Shown in pieces: positions 11,521-24,619 of a DNA stretch of 59,548 nt. The DNA is from Amphiscolops sp. MND2022. Its lineage: Eukaryota. Position 1 is the stretch's first letter. The number at the start of each line of letters is the position of its first letter. The notes beneath the pieces were generated by a model. It made no database searches and was not told the DNA's origin. It saw nothing but the letters and a program-made list of their open reading frames with translations. A program made the position numbers and the translations under genes. The DNA is taken from assembly GCA_964187785.1 (NCBI GenBank), contig CAXLNC010001679.1, positions 124,001 to 183,548 of the forward strand, given 5' to 3'.

Positions 11521-14330
11521 TTAGGGAAAGAGTCTACTTGCTAAGTAAAGTAGTTTCTTTTCGGCATTCTTCAACTCGCTCGGGTCCTCAATTTTGCCAT
11601 TATTGGAGCGAAAATGGCGGCAACGAGGCGAAAGCCGAAAAAGGTAAGCGACAATTTGGATGAGCTTGCGATAAAAACAATAGTCACTCCAAACATTGAC
11701 GGGGGAGATAGGCGGCGACGCTGCTGCCACCGAGTTGGACTGTAAGTCGTCAGTTGCACACGTTTCCGTTGGTTTAACAGTAAAAATGGCGGATGGTTCC
11801 TGTTCAAACGGCCAGTCGGATGTTCTAAGGAAAGTAGGCCCTTTAACCCAGCAACAACTTGGAAGATCTGTTGCAGCCAGCCCGCGCGTTCCAACTGCAT
11901 TATTATTAGCTGTAGGAACGTGAAACCATTGGTCGATTGTCGTGGTTTCCAGAATTTCCGCTACGCGGTTCGCAAGAAAAACAGGTTGTTTATCTGCTGA
12001 AGCAAGCCATTGAAGCACTGTGCTGCTATCGGTCCACATGAAAGAGTGTGGCACATCAACAGTTATTGCACCGAGGATATTCTGAAGTAAGTGTGCAGCG
12101 AGGAGCCCAGATTGCAACTCGAGCATAGGGATTGTTATTGGTTTCATATGCGCAACACGTGCTTTGCCTTCTACGAATGACTAATGCGCAATATTTGAGC
12201 CTTGACACTTACCTCGAAGGAAGCCTACAGCGCCGACGATGTCCTTGGAGCAGTCAACGGACATATGCAGCTCCTTCGACTGGGCTAGAGAAATATGGGC
12301 GAGGGATTGTCAAGTCTTGAAGCAACGGTAGTCCGGAACACCAATCATCAAATCGGCGAGAGAGGTCTTCGGGCAGTGGGTCCTCCCATTGTTGCCCTTT
12401 GACTTTCCAACTATCTTTCAAGAGCACGCGAGCAACGACGGTGGAGGGTGCGACAATTACCAGCGGATCGAAAACGACAGAGACCGTGCTCAACGCAGTG
12501 CGTTGTGTGTTGGGTCCATTTTCCTTCAACTTAACACCTCGGCTCACATTCAAATTGTCAGCGTTGTGATCCCATTTGAGACCTAAAACATGCGACGTGA
12601 TCGTCGGGTGTTGGATAATTTCTTTAACTTGTGGAATCGGAACGGACGGCTTAAGTGTTTCAGATAAATCGGTTTTGAGATAAATCGTTTTAAAATTAAC
12701 TTTTTTAACTTGAAGCTCCCTAGTTTGAGTATTTCAATTAGCTCTTGACTCAGTTTTAAAGCAGTTTCAGGACACTCAACAGAATCGAGGTAGTCGTCCA
12801 TGTAGAACTTCTGTTGGACGGCTTTTGCGGCAAGACTACAGGTGCCTTCATTGTCTCTAGCTGTTTGTTAAAGCGCAAAGTTAGCGCACGTCGGCGAGTC
12901 TCTCTCTCCAAAAATGTGCCTCGTGTACTGGAGTGTCTCCACATTCTGTGTAGGGTCCGCCCTCCACAAAAAACGCAAAAATGTTTGATCTGGAAGAGGC
13001 ACACCGACCTGAAGGAACATTCCTTCAATATCTGCTGAAACTGCATACTGATACTGCCGGAAGCGAAGGAAGCGTTTAACAGGTCTTGCAAGAGATCAAG
13101 GATTGTTAACAGGCAACTTTTCAGTGACTTGCCATGAAACTTTGACGCCCCGTTTAGTACCCGCCAAATTTCCCCGGCTTGTTCGGGTTTACCACGGGGT
13201 GGTGTGGCAAATACCAATTTTGTGAGGAACGGCATTAAACGTGTTAAACTTACCAACGGGGATCACATAACCCTTTTGAAGATCATCGTGGACAGTTTTC
13301 ATATAATTTGATTTGAGCTCTGGGTCCTTTTCCAGTCTCCGTTCAAGTGATTTCAGCTGGACCAGTGAAGCGTAGTAATTGTTAGCCAGCTTTACGTTGT
13401 CTGTCGCCCACAGCTTGCCGACGGAGTACCGCTCTCCATCGTGCTGGGTGGTTGCCTCGAGGATTTTGATGGCAGGCTTGTCCGCAGCAGAGCGAGGATC
13501 GGCTTGAATGCAGGAACCATAGGATTCGATGTCATACCACGCTTTCACCTGTTCCGCTAATGAGAGGTCTTCAACAGTAGCCTTAAAACACATGGAGACA
13601 AACGAAGCGGACGTTCGCTCAGGTGCTGCACCACAGAGAGCCCACCCTAACGGCAGCTGAACAGCCCACGGATCAATCATGGGGTCACCATTGAAGGCAT
13701 TAATTGGGTGAATATCATAAAACGCGTCTTGACCAATAATGAGCTGAACATCCGAATAATTATAAACGATGGGAGGGATGGGAGCGAGATGCAGATGTTG
13801 CTTTTGTAGTTCCGGTATATCGATGAGCTCCTTTCCTAGTGTCAAAGATTTCGTTAATGGTTTAAGGTCAAATGAAAAGGGAGGATCGGCATGCAGGGAC
13901 GGAACTACAATTTCAACACGTTCAGTTATGACTGCTTGATTGGATAAATTGCCACTAACGGCAACCTTCGCAGAAGGGCCGGTGAGAGACAATGTCAGAT
14001 ACCCAAGAGTGAATGCTCCCAGTATCAAACAAAGCTGAGACTTCCGCAGATCCACAACGACTGGAGACGTATACCAAAACGACAGGTATAAGGCTCTTGT
14101 GTCGATATACGTTGCGGCATAACTACAAGTAGACTTACTACCGCTCGAGACAGTAGCGCTAGATAGATTATTCGGTGAATTCGGTGAATCAGAAGACTTT
14201 TTCTGACGCAATGGAAAGATGCGACTTGCGCCGTTCAACAAAGTATTATGCTGCCGTGGATTTTGACAGCCTGTAGATGTACATTGTATGTCCTTGCCGC
14301 ATTCACTGGCTCTTTGTACACCATTCACAC
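11521..14330 (-). pseudogene. BEL/Pao pol: protease region, reverse transcriptase, RNase H (frameshifted)
   Basis: WRVLNGASKFHGKSL..LQDL; SADIEGMFLQV; YTRHIFG; FYMDDYLDS (12793-12804); KPITIPMLEL; WTDSSTVLQWL..VFLANRVAEI. Confidence 0.92.
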
Positions 14331-16170
14331 ATCGAAAGCAGAGATTGTTATCAGCGGCAAGTTTCGCGCGCTACGTAGGTGATTTCGCTTCAAAATCATC
14401 ACACTTCCACAATGGGTGCTTGCCTTTACAACATGGGCAGGGCAAAAATTTACTTTCCGGGTTGGTACTTCGCGCATACCTGGGAGTAGTGGACAAAGTG
14501 GACCCGGTAGCTGCTGTGGCGGAAAGAGACTTACGCCTACTTTTGACTTTGCTGGCTCCTGAGACGTTCAATCGCTCATGGGCTTCTGCTTTTCGTTTGA
14601 GCCGATCGTTAAAGTCGATAAGCGTGGGTCGCAGCATGTCTTTTACTAACTGTGTGCATGGACCATTGCTCGCGAAGATTTCATGGTAGTTTGTTAACAG
14701 CTTGGTTCAACAAAGCAGCTCCTCTCAAGTCATTCTCGTAGTTTAGTGAACGGAATACACCTATAATACTTGCAATGAAATTCGCGAAATCAAAATTATT
14801 TGTTCGGAGCTTTGTATTTTGACAGTGGTTTGACTAACTTATCAAAATAGGCACCCACGACTACTTGTGGCTGCCCAAATTTGCGTTCTAACGTTTTCAG
14901 GCTACAATCTCTATAAAACCGTCCAGAGTACGCAACGTCAGCGATTGCTAATTTGGCTTTACCAGTCACAAGAGTTTTCAAATAGGTGAGTTTCTCGTCG
15001 TCCGTCAAGTTATCTGAATCGATCGCACTCTTGAATTGACCCGACCACTCATGCCATGACAACATGTCTCCGTCATACTTGGAAAAAGTCCACTCTGGGA
15101 GTGGTCCCTTGCGATTCGATTTGAAGGCTTCGACTAAGTTTTGCAATGTGACTCCGGGCTGGACGACGTTAATTGTTGGGACAGCGAAAGGGGTAAGGTG
15201 ACCTGTTGGTGCGGCAATTGGGCCAGTATTCGGTAAGACGAGCGTTTGTGTGGGAAAGGGCGAGCTTCCATAACGAACAGAACCATGTGCACGCTGCGGA
15301 ATTACTGCAGTTGTTGACACGACGTTCGTGTTTGTACAAGCAGTAAAGATCGCAGTAGGTCGCGAAGTTGTAAGAGACGATGACATCGTAGCGGCTACAT
15401 GGTTATTCACCCAAAGAGACATTTTCGGAACCTACGAATTTGTCAGAAGCGAAGACTGTCCATTAAAATTAGGACGTTGTTGCGAATGCGAAGTGTAGAT
15501 GGCAGTCGAACCCAATACGTTGGGTCACTGTTCTGTCACGGTTTCGGAGTTAAAGTTCAAGTGTTGCTGAAGTGAGGGCACAATGGTGTTGTCGATAACA
15601 TTAGATTGGGCAGTCGCCGCGTTGTCTGCAAACTGAATCAGGTTATCTTCAATGTGAGTAGTGGATTTCACATTGTCGAGGATAGATCTGGCAGCCTGGT
15701 CTAAGCCACGGCTCGCCTGGGAAACGATATCAGTTGGGAGAGGGACGCCCAACACCCGTTCAGTCTGATTCGCGATCGAGTGCACCCAATCCGTAGTTAC
15801 ATTACCAGTGCCACTATGCACATCGCTGACACCCAAAGGCGCCAAATTTACATCATTCGCAACACTTGAATCATCTGCTAACTCCATTTTGTCTATTTTC
15901 AGCTCATCCAATTCGCGGCGTTTTTCTTCAGCAATTTCTTTCAGTCTTGGGTCGAAGCGGTCTTTTTCAAGTTGCAACGCTGCTGCAGTTTGACGTTCAG
16001 CTCCTTGAGCTCGTAATTTAGTAGCCTCTAGGGCGCGTCGCCGTTGGCTAGAAGTCATGGAAGCAGTTCGTGAAGAAGGTTGTGAACTTTTATGCGAGCG
16101 TGAGCCAATGGGATGGAACAGATTCAGGTGAGCGCAGATTCGAGGTCTTCATATGTATTTCTGAGCTCAT
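14331..16170 (-). pseudogene. BEL/Pao gag (frameshifted)
   Basis: Start MSSEIH.. at 16170 reaches the 16058 frame through a one-base frameshift. A coiled-coil N-terminus is followed by FSKYDGDMLSWHEWSGQFKSAID..KLTYLKTLVTGKAK (DUF1759-like), and knuckles CPCCKGKHPLWKC and CQNPRQHNTLL. Confidence 0.85.
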
Positions 16171-16199
16171 TCTCAATTTTATTACGGGCTTAGAACCAC

Positions 16200-16873
16200 A
16201 CGCTTCCATTTTTGCTTCAAAACAAAGTCGAAAAAAGATAAAAAAACGAGGACTCTCAACTCAGTAGGCCACGACCGTCTTAAGCGGTCTATTGTCTTAA
16301 GCGGTCTCTCCTTTGAAAGAGGTTTGGTTCTTGCTCTGAACAGGAGAAGACTTTTAAGGTTATTTTGATGGCGAAGGATTGTTTCGAAAAGACATTTTTC
16401 GCAACGTACACTAGGATGTACTTGTCCCAAATCAGACTGGACAGAACTATTTTGCCTTTGAGGCGGGATATCAGGTGTCTGCGAACGTCCAAAATCAAAA
16501 TTTTACTTCGGAAGAGTTTTCGAACGATGTTTATCTTTTCACTAGTGAGTTGCAGGTATAAAATTGACGCAATGCGGGCTTTAAGCTCAACAAGTATGGG
16601 CAGAAGATCCTCCACCGAACAGGCTTGGAAATTGTTGGTTGAATGTACAGAGACAGTGTTGCTAATGACCCCGTGCCAGATCACAATGTCCCGCCTACTT
16701 CGCAAGGGACCCTGTCTAAGCAAGTTCTGGAAGGTTTTCAACATGTTGTTTGCTTTCGAATTAAAACTCAAGCCACCCACGGCGTAGATCTTTGGCCCGT
16801 GCAGGCGTGTTTCTGCATAGGATAATTTTCGAAACAATCCAGCGAGCCCGCTTGCGCCTATTAAGTACACCAT
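16200..16873 (-). pseudogene. SGNH/GDSL-hydrolase-like accessory ORF upstream of BEL gag (one frameshift at about 16450)
   Basis: Block I-like VYLIGAS at the N-terminus, block II-like GGLS, and block III-like IVIWHGVISN. After the frameshift come the block V-like QVHP (ORF 16182-16430) and a basic tail. Confidence 0.55.
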
Positions 16874-17191
16874 CGACTAATGAAAAATCAGTATCAATTC
16901 AAGGTCTGGTTACTCTTTTGCGTCTGGTTTTTTGACTATGTGCGAAAAACTCTGCTTCAATCAATAAGCTCAAGAATCTGACGCAAGTGTCAGAAAAAAG
17001 CAAACACAAATGAGGGGAAGGCGCTGATGCCTTAGAGGTTTAAGAAAAACATTTTATATATTTTTTCAGTTTACAGTTTTTTTTGGTCAAGTGTTTTACT
17101 CACGACACCTCGAACGGGGTTGCATCTTCGTTACACCACGGGAGACAGACCAGCGACTCCACGCGACAGCCCCAGAAACAGCGGGTTCCAG

Positions 17192-17329
17192 GAATATTCC
17201 CTCGATTGGAGGAAGGATATTCCCTCGATTGGAGGATGGATATTCCCTCGATTGGAGGATGGATATTCCCTCGATTGGAGGATGGATATTTCCTCGATTG
17301 GAGGATGGATATTCCCTCGATTGAAGGAT
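17192..17329. repeat. Minisatellite, 6 x 23 bp (GGATATTCCCTCGATTGGAGGAT), in the BEL leader
   Basis: Six contiguous, near-identical units with no spacers. Confidence 0.97.
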
Positions 17330-17355
17330 AGATCATTTGGGAGAGCTTTTGGTAA

Positions 17356-17372
17356 ATTGGGTCGCGGCACCG
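17356..17372 (-). promoter_or_regulatory. Candidate decayed primer-binding site (tRNA-His-like)
   Basis: Minus-strand CGGTGCCGCGACCCAAT resembles TGGTGCCGTGAC.., the complement of a tRNA-His 3' end. It lies about 300 bp inside the 5' LTR start. Confidence 0.45.
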
Positions 17373-17674
17373 GTATTTTACTGACGACAGTAAAAAAGTA
17401 AAAACTCGAAGAGGTAATTTCAAGCTGTAGTAATATCAAATTAAATAGCGATCGTTTACATGTATGAATTTACTGCACACGAGGTTTACAATTTCCATGT
17501 GAAAGATTTTTAAGGGCTTTATTATTGAACACAGTAAGAACCAGACGCAAAAATACCAGCCCGTTATGTAAGATGTCAAAAGTTGTTGTCAATCATATTA
17601 GTTTTAGGGGTTTCATGCTCTAAAAGAACTGTCAATCGGTAGTTGTCACTTGATTATGTTGTTTGTCAACAACA
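17373..17674 (-). repeat. 5' LTR of the BEL/Pao element
   Basis: 17442-17674 matches the left LTR. The extension to about 17373 is inferred from the PBS position. Confidence 0.85.
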
Positions 17675-19099
17675 CCATGCCTTCTTTAAGTGATTCCATA
17701 TGTACTTTTTCATATTCTGTTATATACTTTTGGCCTTTTTGCGATCGTTTCACTCGTCGACAAATTCATGATTGATTTCAGTCCCTGATACTTTCACTAA
17801 CGCTCAAAAAGTTCCTAACTGAGATTCGTGCCACCATCATCCATTTCATCTCTTAAGTTTTTGCAATGCTTATTTTTTAAATGCTTCTCATTGACAAAAT
17901 GTTGCTTTCCGTTTTCATTACCATCCACCTCTTTCTCTCTGAAATTTCCATTCCATCAAACCGACCTCTCATCTTTCCATTTCTCTCCTACTCCTTTTAC
18001 TACACTTCATTCTCATTTTAACTAAAACTCCCCTTCTTTGCCAATCACTTCCTTGTTTCCCATTTTACCTTTCTCACCAAGATTTAAGCTCCTCTTCCTT
18101 TTTAAGTGTAATCCGACACTAGCACTCTTGCTACTTCTAATTCCAATCACACTCTTTCTCCTCTCTTTAACCTAGTTTCATCCGTAACTCAAAATACTCC
18201 ATCATTACTTTTATCCCCACTTATTACACCAACTATACATCCTGATATCATTTTAGACAGACTCTGGTTATAGTTCAATCCTCAACGCCTTGCATAATAT
18301 CCAACAACTCGCCTCCCCCATCATTCCCGTTCCTTTTGCCTTTAATGATTCCCTTCAACGCCTTTAAAGAAACACTGCCCAATTTTAAATTAATTTTGAA
18401 CTAACCTCACTTATAATTCTACTGTTCCGCTTCTTTTTTAAACATACCCAGAAGTTATTTACGCTATTCCTCGCATGCGTGAAGAACATGATTCTTATCT
18501 TTATTAAATAGACGCACATACCAGAAACTCCTGATGAACCTCCTTTTTCAATTCTTTCCACTTCTCCGCTTAACTCAACTGACAGTTTTCGAATAAAAGC
18601 AACCCGACTATCATTTATATACCAATGGCTTTGGTTCATGGGATTCTTTCAACATCACACCTTAAACACTCGATACAACACTTTAAAATCTACTCGGTGT
18701 TTCTCCGCATATTTTTCTGACACAACTGCCAAGTTGTTTGTGGTGCTAATTTCCAAGATGCTTTTCTTAATATCCCTTCACATTTTTTCTACGGAACAAC
18801 TCCTCCATTTCATCGCCACCTCTCAAAATCATCACCCTCACATCTACAATATTCTTACTTTTCCCAATAAGCTTCTTAATTTCATTTTTGACGAGTGCAG
18901 TCATAACAAAAGTCTTGAGACCCCCCCCCTTCTGTTTTTCCAAATGTAAAATGCTCCGGCTCTTGAATCTAATCCTGATGTTTTCTTCTTATCCTCTTTT
19001 GTTCAAGTACAAAAGGACCATATTGGATATTTTCCCTATTTTTCGTCCTCTCCAATCATTTCATGTTTACTACCATTACTAATCAACGGCAATCTCATT

Positions 19100-20560
19100 C
19101 TTCAAAACCTCCATTTACACATACTCCTCCCTCTTCTAATCACCACCATCAACTTGAACCACCTTCATCAACGTCTCATAATCATTTAAAGCACCTTTAA
19201 ATCTTCATCCGCCCACTTCTAATCCCACTACCGCTTCTTAAGATCCTTATGCATCACTTCACCCAGGATTCGAAAACTATCCACAAACAGGCTTTCCTCA
19301 TCCTTTGCCTCCTAGCATTGTCAACCATCTCATCCTACGCACCTTCATCCTAATCAACCTCCTTCTCAACATCCGCCATCTGTTTTTCAAAGACTCATTC
19401 TGTTAAATTCGCCGTTTTTTTATGATCCCGGTAAGTTTTTAAGCTTGGATCACACATACCTTTTGTCTTCTTTCTCGCAAATTTTCAAAAAAAAAACAGT
19501 TTTATTATCAACATCATGTTTATCACGCTCAACTTGAAGCACTTTCACTTGTTAAGGATAACGAAAATGTACACGAATATGCTTTAAACGTTGGAACCCT
19601 CGTCAGACAAGGCTTGTATACGATAAGGCAGTAACCATCAACCATGATACTCCAATGCAATGAAATTTCCACTCCATATCTCCCAAAAATTGAAAATTTT
19701 TGCTAATAAACACCAACACCAAGTTAAACATATCTCTAGTTCTCTTGAACCATCTATCCCTTTTCACATTTTTGTCAATATGGCTGACTCTTGAAAAAAG
19801 TGAAAGTCAAGAGCTTCCACTTGAGAACTCACTTTCAGTCACACTTCAACAAAAAGCTTCTAATGAAGAAAACCCCTCTGAATCCCCACAGTTAAATGCA
19901 GTAGATATTAACAATAAATCTAAGCCTCAAGTCAAAGACATTGTTGTCATCAAACTAATCATTCTGTATCTATGTTATCGTAGACTCAACATGCTTAAGA
20001 ATCCAAAAAACTTCAATCAAAGTCACCTATTCCTTCCTTCTATAAACATTTTAAAAAACCGAATGAAAGTTTTAACATTCATACTCCTCGTTATCGTAGT
20101 CCCATATAGAAAACCTTCTCGAGAATCGCGACACACATTTCGTTCTCATTCTCGCTTTAACTCTCGCTCAAGATACTTTGACCGAAAATCACCTAATAAT
20201 CTTTCTTCAACCTCTGATGGTAATCGATCTCGTTATGATCAACTTTATAGAAAATCTAATAGAAACGTAGATGCTTGTATTATCACTATAAATTTCCTCC
20301 TCGTAGGCGTCATCGAAAGCACCTTCTTCTCGTGAAAGCTCCTTTAGTTATTATAACTCATCTTTTAGAAGAAACAAATCACAATAGCGATCACCTTCTA
20401 AGTCACATATTGATATTTTTTGAAGCCGATCACACTCAAATCCTAACACACACTCCATTCATACTAGCAAACTCACTCTCACTCTTACTCAACAATACAT
20501 TTCATCCTATCATAACCAGTCTTCCTCTGAACCTAAATTTGAAATTAACTTGTATCATCC
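19100..20560 (+). pseudogene. gag of element C
   Basis: A Pro-rich start, a core (CNEISTPYLPKKL..FANK..VKH..PSIPFH) homologous to 31640-31770, and an Arg/Ser-rich C-terminal region directly before the protease. Confidence 0.6.
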
Positions 20561-23500
20561 AACTACTTCTCCCAGTATGAATGATTCTACTTTTAGGAAA
20601 ATGAGTCCCTGTGATGTTCATGCTAACGCTATAACTCCTTCTACTTTGTTTGCAAACCTTCATACTTTCAAACTTCCTGGAGACTCCACTTTACCTTCTG
20701 AATTGGAATTTTTATTCCTACTCGATAGTGGTGCCTCTATCGGTGTTTGAAATTTACCCACACTCACTCTGTTAGCTGATCACTTTATCAAGTGTTCAAA
20801 TTCAACTCTTACATAATAATGATTTTAAACGCTCAACAGTTGCCAACAAAGTTTCTAAATATTTCAATTCTTGCGTTAACAATTTCTATTCATGGAAGTA
20901 CTCGAGCTATTGTAATCGAATTTGCAGTTGAAAACTTTGAGTACAAACTTCTTGATACACCGTTTTTACAAAGTATGTCAAAACACTGAAGATTGAACGT
21001 ATGTCCTTCACATTCCATACACCACACGAACTTTATGTTAACAAACTGCTTTATACTGCTCACAAAGAAAAAGACTACCAATTTTTTTCTCTTACATCTA
21101 TAACATCGAAGTAAAAAATGAAATCCACTTTAAAACTAACGCTTCTCAAGTTATCCATTTTCCAATTCCACCAACTCTTCCTTTCACAATTGAAACATCC
21201 GAAAATGAATGCATGTTTTCTTCAACCCCTCATCATTATTTTAACACACGACTTCCCAATACCTCAATTTTTCCTCAAGTTCATCAAAAACCAAACCCGA
21301 AGCTAACATCTACTCTGTTATAATTCAAATGATTCTCCATCACACTGCACTCCTCTGACCAGAATGTATAGGGTATATCGAAGTTCCTGCCACTTATATT
21401 AAACCACTACACTATAATGTTAATGATGTTAACTCACTTTTTCACTCTCTCTAGATATCATTCATACTTCCCAGATCTCCCAGATCTCCCAGAACCCAAA
21501 CCTCTTGTTCATCGTTCATCTCTCCAAAATATCGAAATAAATAGTTTACAACACTTTCAAATTATAAATCGACCTCTTTTTTACCGTAGTCACCAGCAAT
21601 TCAACATTTCGGCAATGAATTCAAACTCCAAAACTCTGATGTAACTGATGACGAATGCTTAAATATCTGTCTTATTTCAGTTGAATACCATCACTGCTAT
21701 GAAACTCACCGTAACGACGTCGGAAAAATTGCAACACCATTTAGAATTCATCTAATTCGAATGCTAAACTTGAAACTCCAAGACCTAACGTTCCAACACT
21801 AACGTTCCTTATCACTCTAGAGAAAAACTCCATTCACGGTACAACATTTGATACCATCTCATTATTATCCCTAAAGGAGATACTATGAAAGTTGTCCTTG
21901 AGGCAAGACATTTAGTTTCCGACACTGGTCAATCATTCGAATCGGGGCCCATTGAACCTCCTGCTCCCCAATTAGCAAGAGCTAACAAAAAACTCAAATC
22001 TGCAATCGAACTAATGTATGGATATGCACTTGTTCACTTAGATGAAGGAACTTTTATTCTCAAATGTTTCTCCTCTGGAGATGAACTCTACGCTTTTATT
22101 CGCAGTTTTTATGGTCCCAAAGGACCTACCAACTTCTTCACCAAACATATATACTCCTTTTTCCAAACACTCTTTCATCAAGGTTTTGCACGCGACTATA
22201 CTGACGATAATCTTCTAGCTCATACAAAAATCATACTATACTAGAACTCATTGAACAATTACACCAAGTGTGTATTTCTAATAATCATGAAATTGCTCCT
22301 TAAAAATCATTTTGTATCCTCTCACTGTTGAATTATTTGGTCATTAAATCGGGAACAACACCACTAAATATGTCTCCTCCAACGTCGTTGGTATTCACAA
22401 ATTGAAAACTCCCACCTCTAAAACAGAATGCGAATCGTTGATTACATGGACTTTTACTCTAATTTTATCAACAAACTCCATATTTTACCCAAACCGTTTT
22501 ACGCTCCCCTTCACGATGACATCTCTATTGAAAGGACTCCTGAACTAGACAAACTCTGTAACGAAATCAAAAAACCTCTCTCACAAAAGATCTTCCCTTT
22601 TAAAAAAGAAAGTACAAAAACGATCTCTTCTCAAAATGAATTTGTTCTCATTGGTTCTACAGACCTAATCACTGTTTTCACGGATCACATTTTTTCTTTT
22701 CACTCATGAAGGAAATATCACACCTCGACAAGACAAAGCGCAATTGCTATTCCCTAAGTTCGCCAACCGTGGTTTCCTCCACACTGCAGGTACTAATCTC
22801 ACTGCTGCTGATATTCGTTGTCGAGATTTCTCAACTAATACGTACAGAATGTGTCAAAAACAAAACAAAACACTACCATTCCATATTGATTTTCTCCAAC
22901 TCAAACGAAATAATTCTCTAGATCAAGTTCATTACTTGGTCAAACATGAAAAGGTTTTGTCCACGCAAAAAAATGATTCTCAACCAATTCTCGATGATTA
23001 TGATGACAACCATTTGCACTTCGTAACCAAGATGAACATAATACCGTTACAGAAACACATCTTGACACATTTTCATTTCAATTTGTGTCATCCTTTGTAA
23101 ATAAATGCAAGAATCCTATTAAAGATAAAGTCGAAACGTTTTACGAAACTTTTCAACAAAATGCACTTTTAAAGGTAACAGATTTATATGGTGATGCTGA
23201 ACCCGCTACAAAAAGAATTCCGCACTGAAACCATAATTCACTTCAATTTCAACCTTCTATAAAGAAGGTCCTGTTTGAACTTCTCCATCAATCTTTTCAT
23301 TATTCTTCTCTTACAAATTATATCACTGTTTTCACGTATCACATTTTTTCTTTTCACTCATGAAGGAAATATCACACCTCGACAAGAGAAAGCCCAAATG
23401 CTATTCCCTAAGTTCGCCAACCGTGGTTTCCCCCACACTGCAAGTACTAATCTCACTGCTGCTGATATCTTTTGTCGAGATTTCTCAATTATTACGAACA

Positions 23501-24450
23501 GAATGTGTCAAAAACAAAACAAAACACTACCACTCCATATTGATTTTCTCCAACTCAAACGAAATAATTCTCTAAATCAAGTTCATTACTTGGTCAAACA
23601 TGAAAAGGTTTTGTCCACGCAAAAAAATGATTCTCATCCAATTCTCGATGATTATGATGACAACCATTTGCACTTCGTAACCAAGATGAACAAAATACCG
23701 TTACAGAAACACATCTTGACACATTTTCATTTCAATCTGTGTAATCCTTTGTAAATAAATGCAAGAATCCTATTAAAGATAAAGTCAAAACGTTTTACAA
23801 ATTTTTTCAACAAAATCCACTTTTAAAGGTAACAGAATTATATGGTGATGCTGAACCCGTTACAAAAGGAATTCCGCACTGAAACCATAATTCACTTCAA
23901 TTTCAACCTTCTATAAAGAAGGTCCTGTTTGAACTTCACCATCAAACTTTTCATTATTCTTCTCTTACAAATTATATGGTAAAGTTTGGCCCGCCTCAAT
24001 TTTTAGTAACCGATCGAGGTACTGAATACAGCAATAAAGATAAGGCTCTCTTTCTAACATTAATCACACGCCAGGCACCTCACGTTCCCCATGGACAATT
24101 GGTTTAGTTGATATTCAAAATTGTAACCTTGGGACTCATCTACGCCTATTTATGCAAAATGTTCCCTTCAATTTGTCCTTTCAAACTCAAATATATGCCA
24201 GTGCTCATAACACCAGTCCTCTTTCGCAACTTAACCTTTCTCCATATAAAATAGTTTTCCAAACACACCCACTCATTCCAATAGTTTTTTCTCTCATTTA
24301 AGTACGTGATTCTTCTAAAAGTTGCATTGCAACATACTGTAGTTCACTTCCACCTCTCACTCATGTTAACGGCCAAGATCTCAATCCATTTATTCACTCA
24401 CTTCTCAACCAACATATCTCTTGATGTTTTTTATCAACAAGCAATTTTGG
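20560..24450 (+). pseudogene. pol of element C: protease, RT, RNase H, integrase
   Basis: FLLDSGAS (20721-20738); KVVLEARHL; FSSGDELYAF..FYGPKG; YTDD (22197-22208, a decayed YxDD); FTDH; FGPPQFLVTDRGTEY (about 23985) and GLVDIQN (integrase). Confidence 0.9.
22668..23975 (+). repeat. Tandem duplication, 2 x 654 bp, within the RNase H and linker region
   Basis: Copies 22668-23321 and 23322-23975. Duplicated ORFs appear in the track (22706 and 23360; 22744 and 23275). Confidence 0.95.
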
Positions 24451-24619
24451 AAAAAAAATCCTACATATCCTTTTATTGCCACTAACTTGAATTTTTTTTG
24501 TTAGTGATCACTCTCCCTTTCGCCTTCGCCGCGGTTCTATAACATTTCTCAATACTCCCACAGATCTACAAAACTCTACAAATTTTTATTTCTTTCTCCA
24601 TAACTAATCGCAACAACTG

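Larger units (their letters stand above)
10685..17674 (-). mobile_element. BEL/Pao LTR retrotransposon, defective (frameshifts, integrase core deleted)
   Basis: Paired LTRs, a PPT, gag with Cys/His knuckles, an RT YMDD motif, Pao-type RNase H motifs and BEL integrase N- and C-terminal motifs, all on the minus strand. Confidence 0.95.

Noticed and set aside
17192-17329. CRISPR array
   Set aside because: The units are contiguous with no unique spacers, there are no cas genes, and the context is a eukaryotic retroelement. The overlapping ORFs at 17083-17439 are by-products of the repeat.
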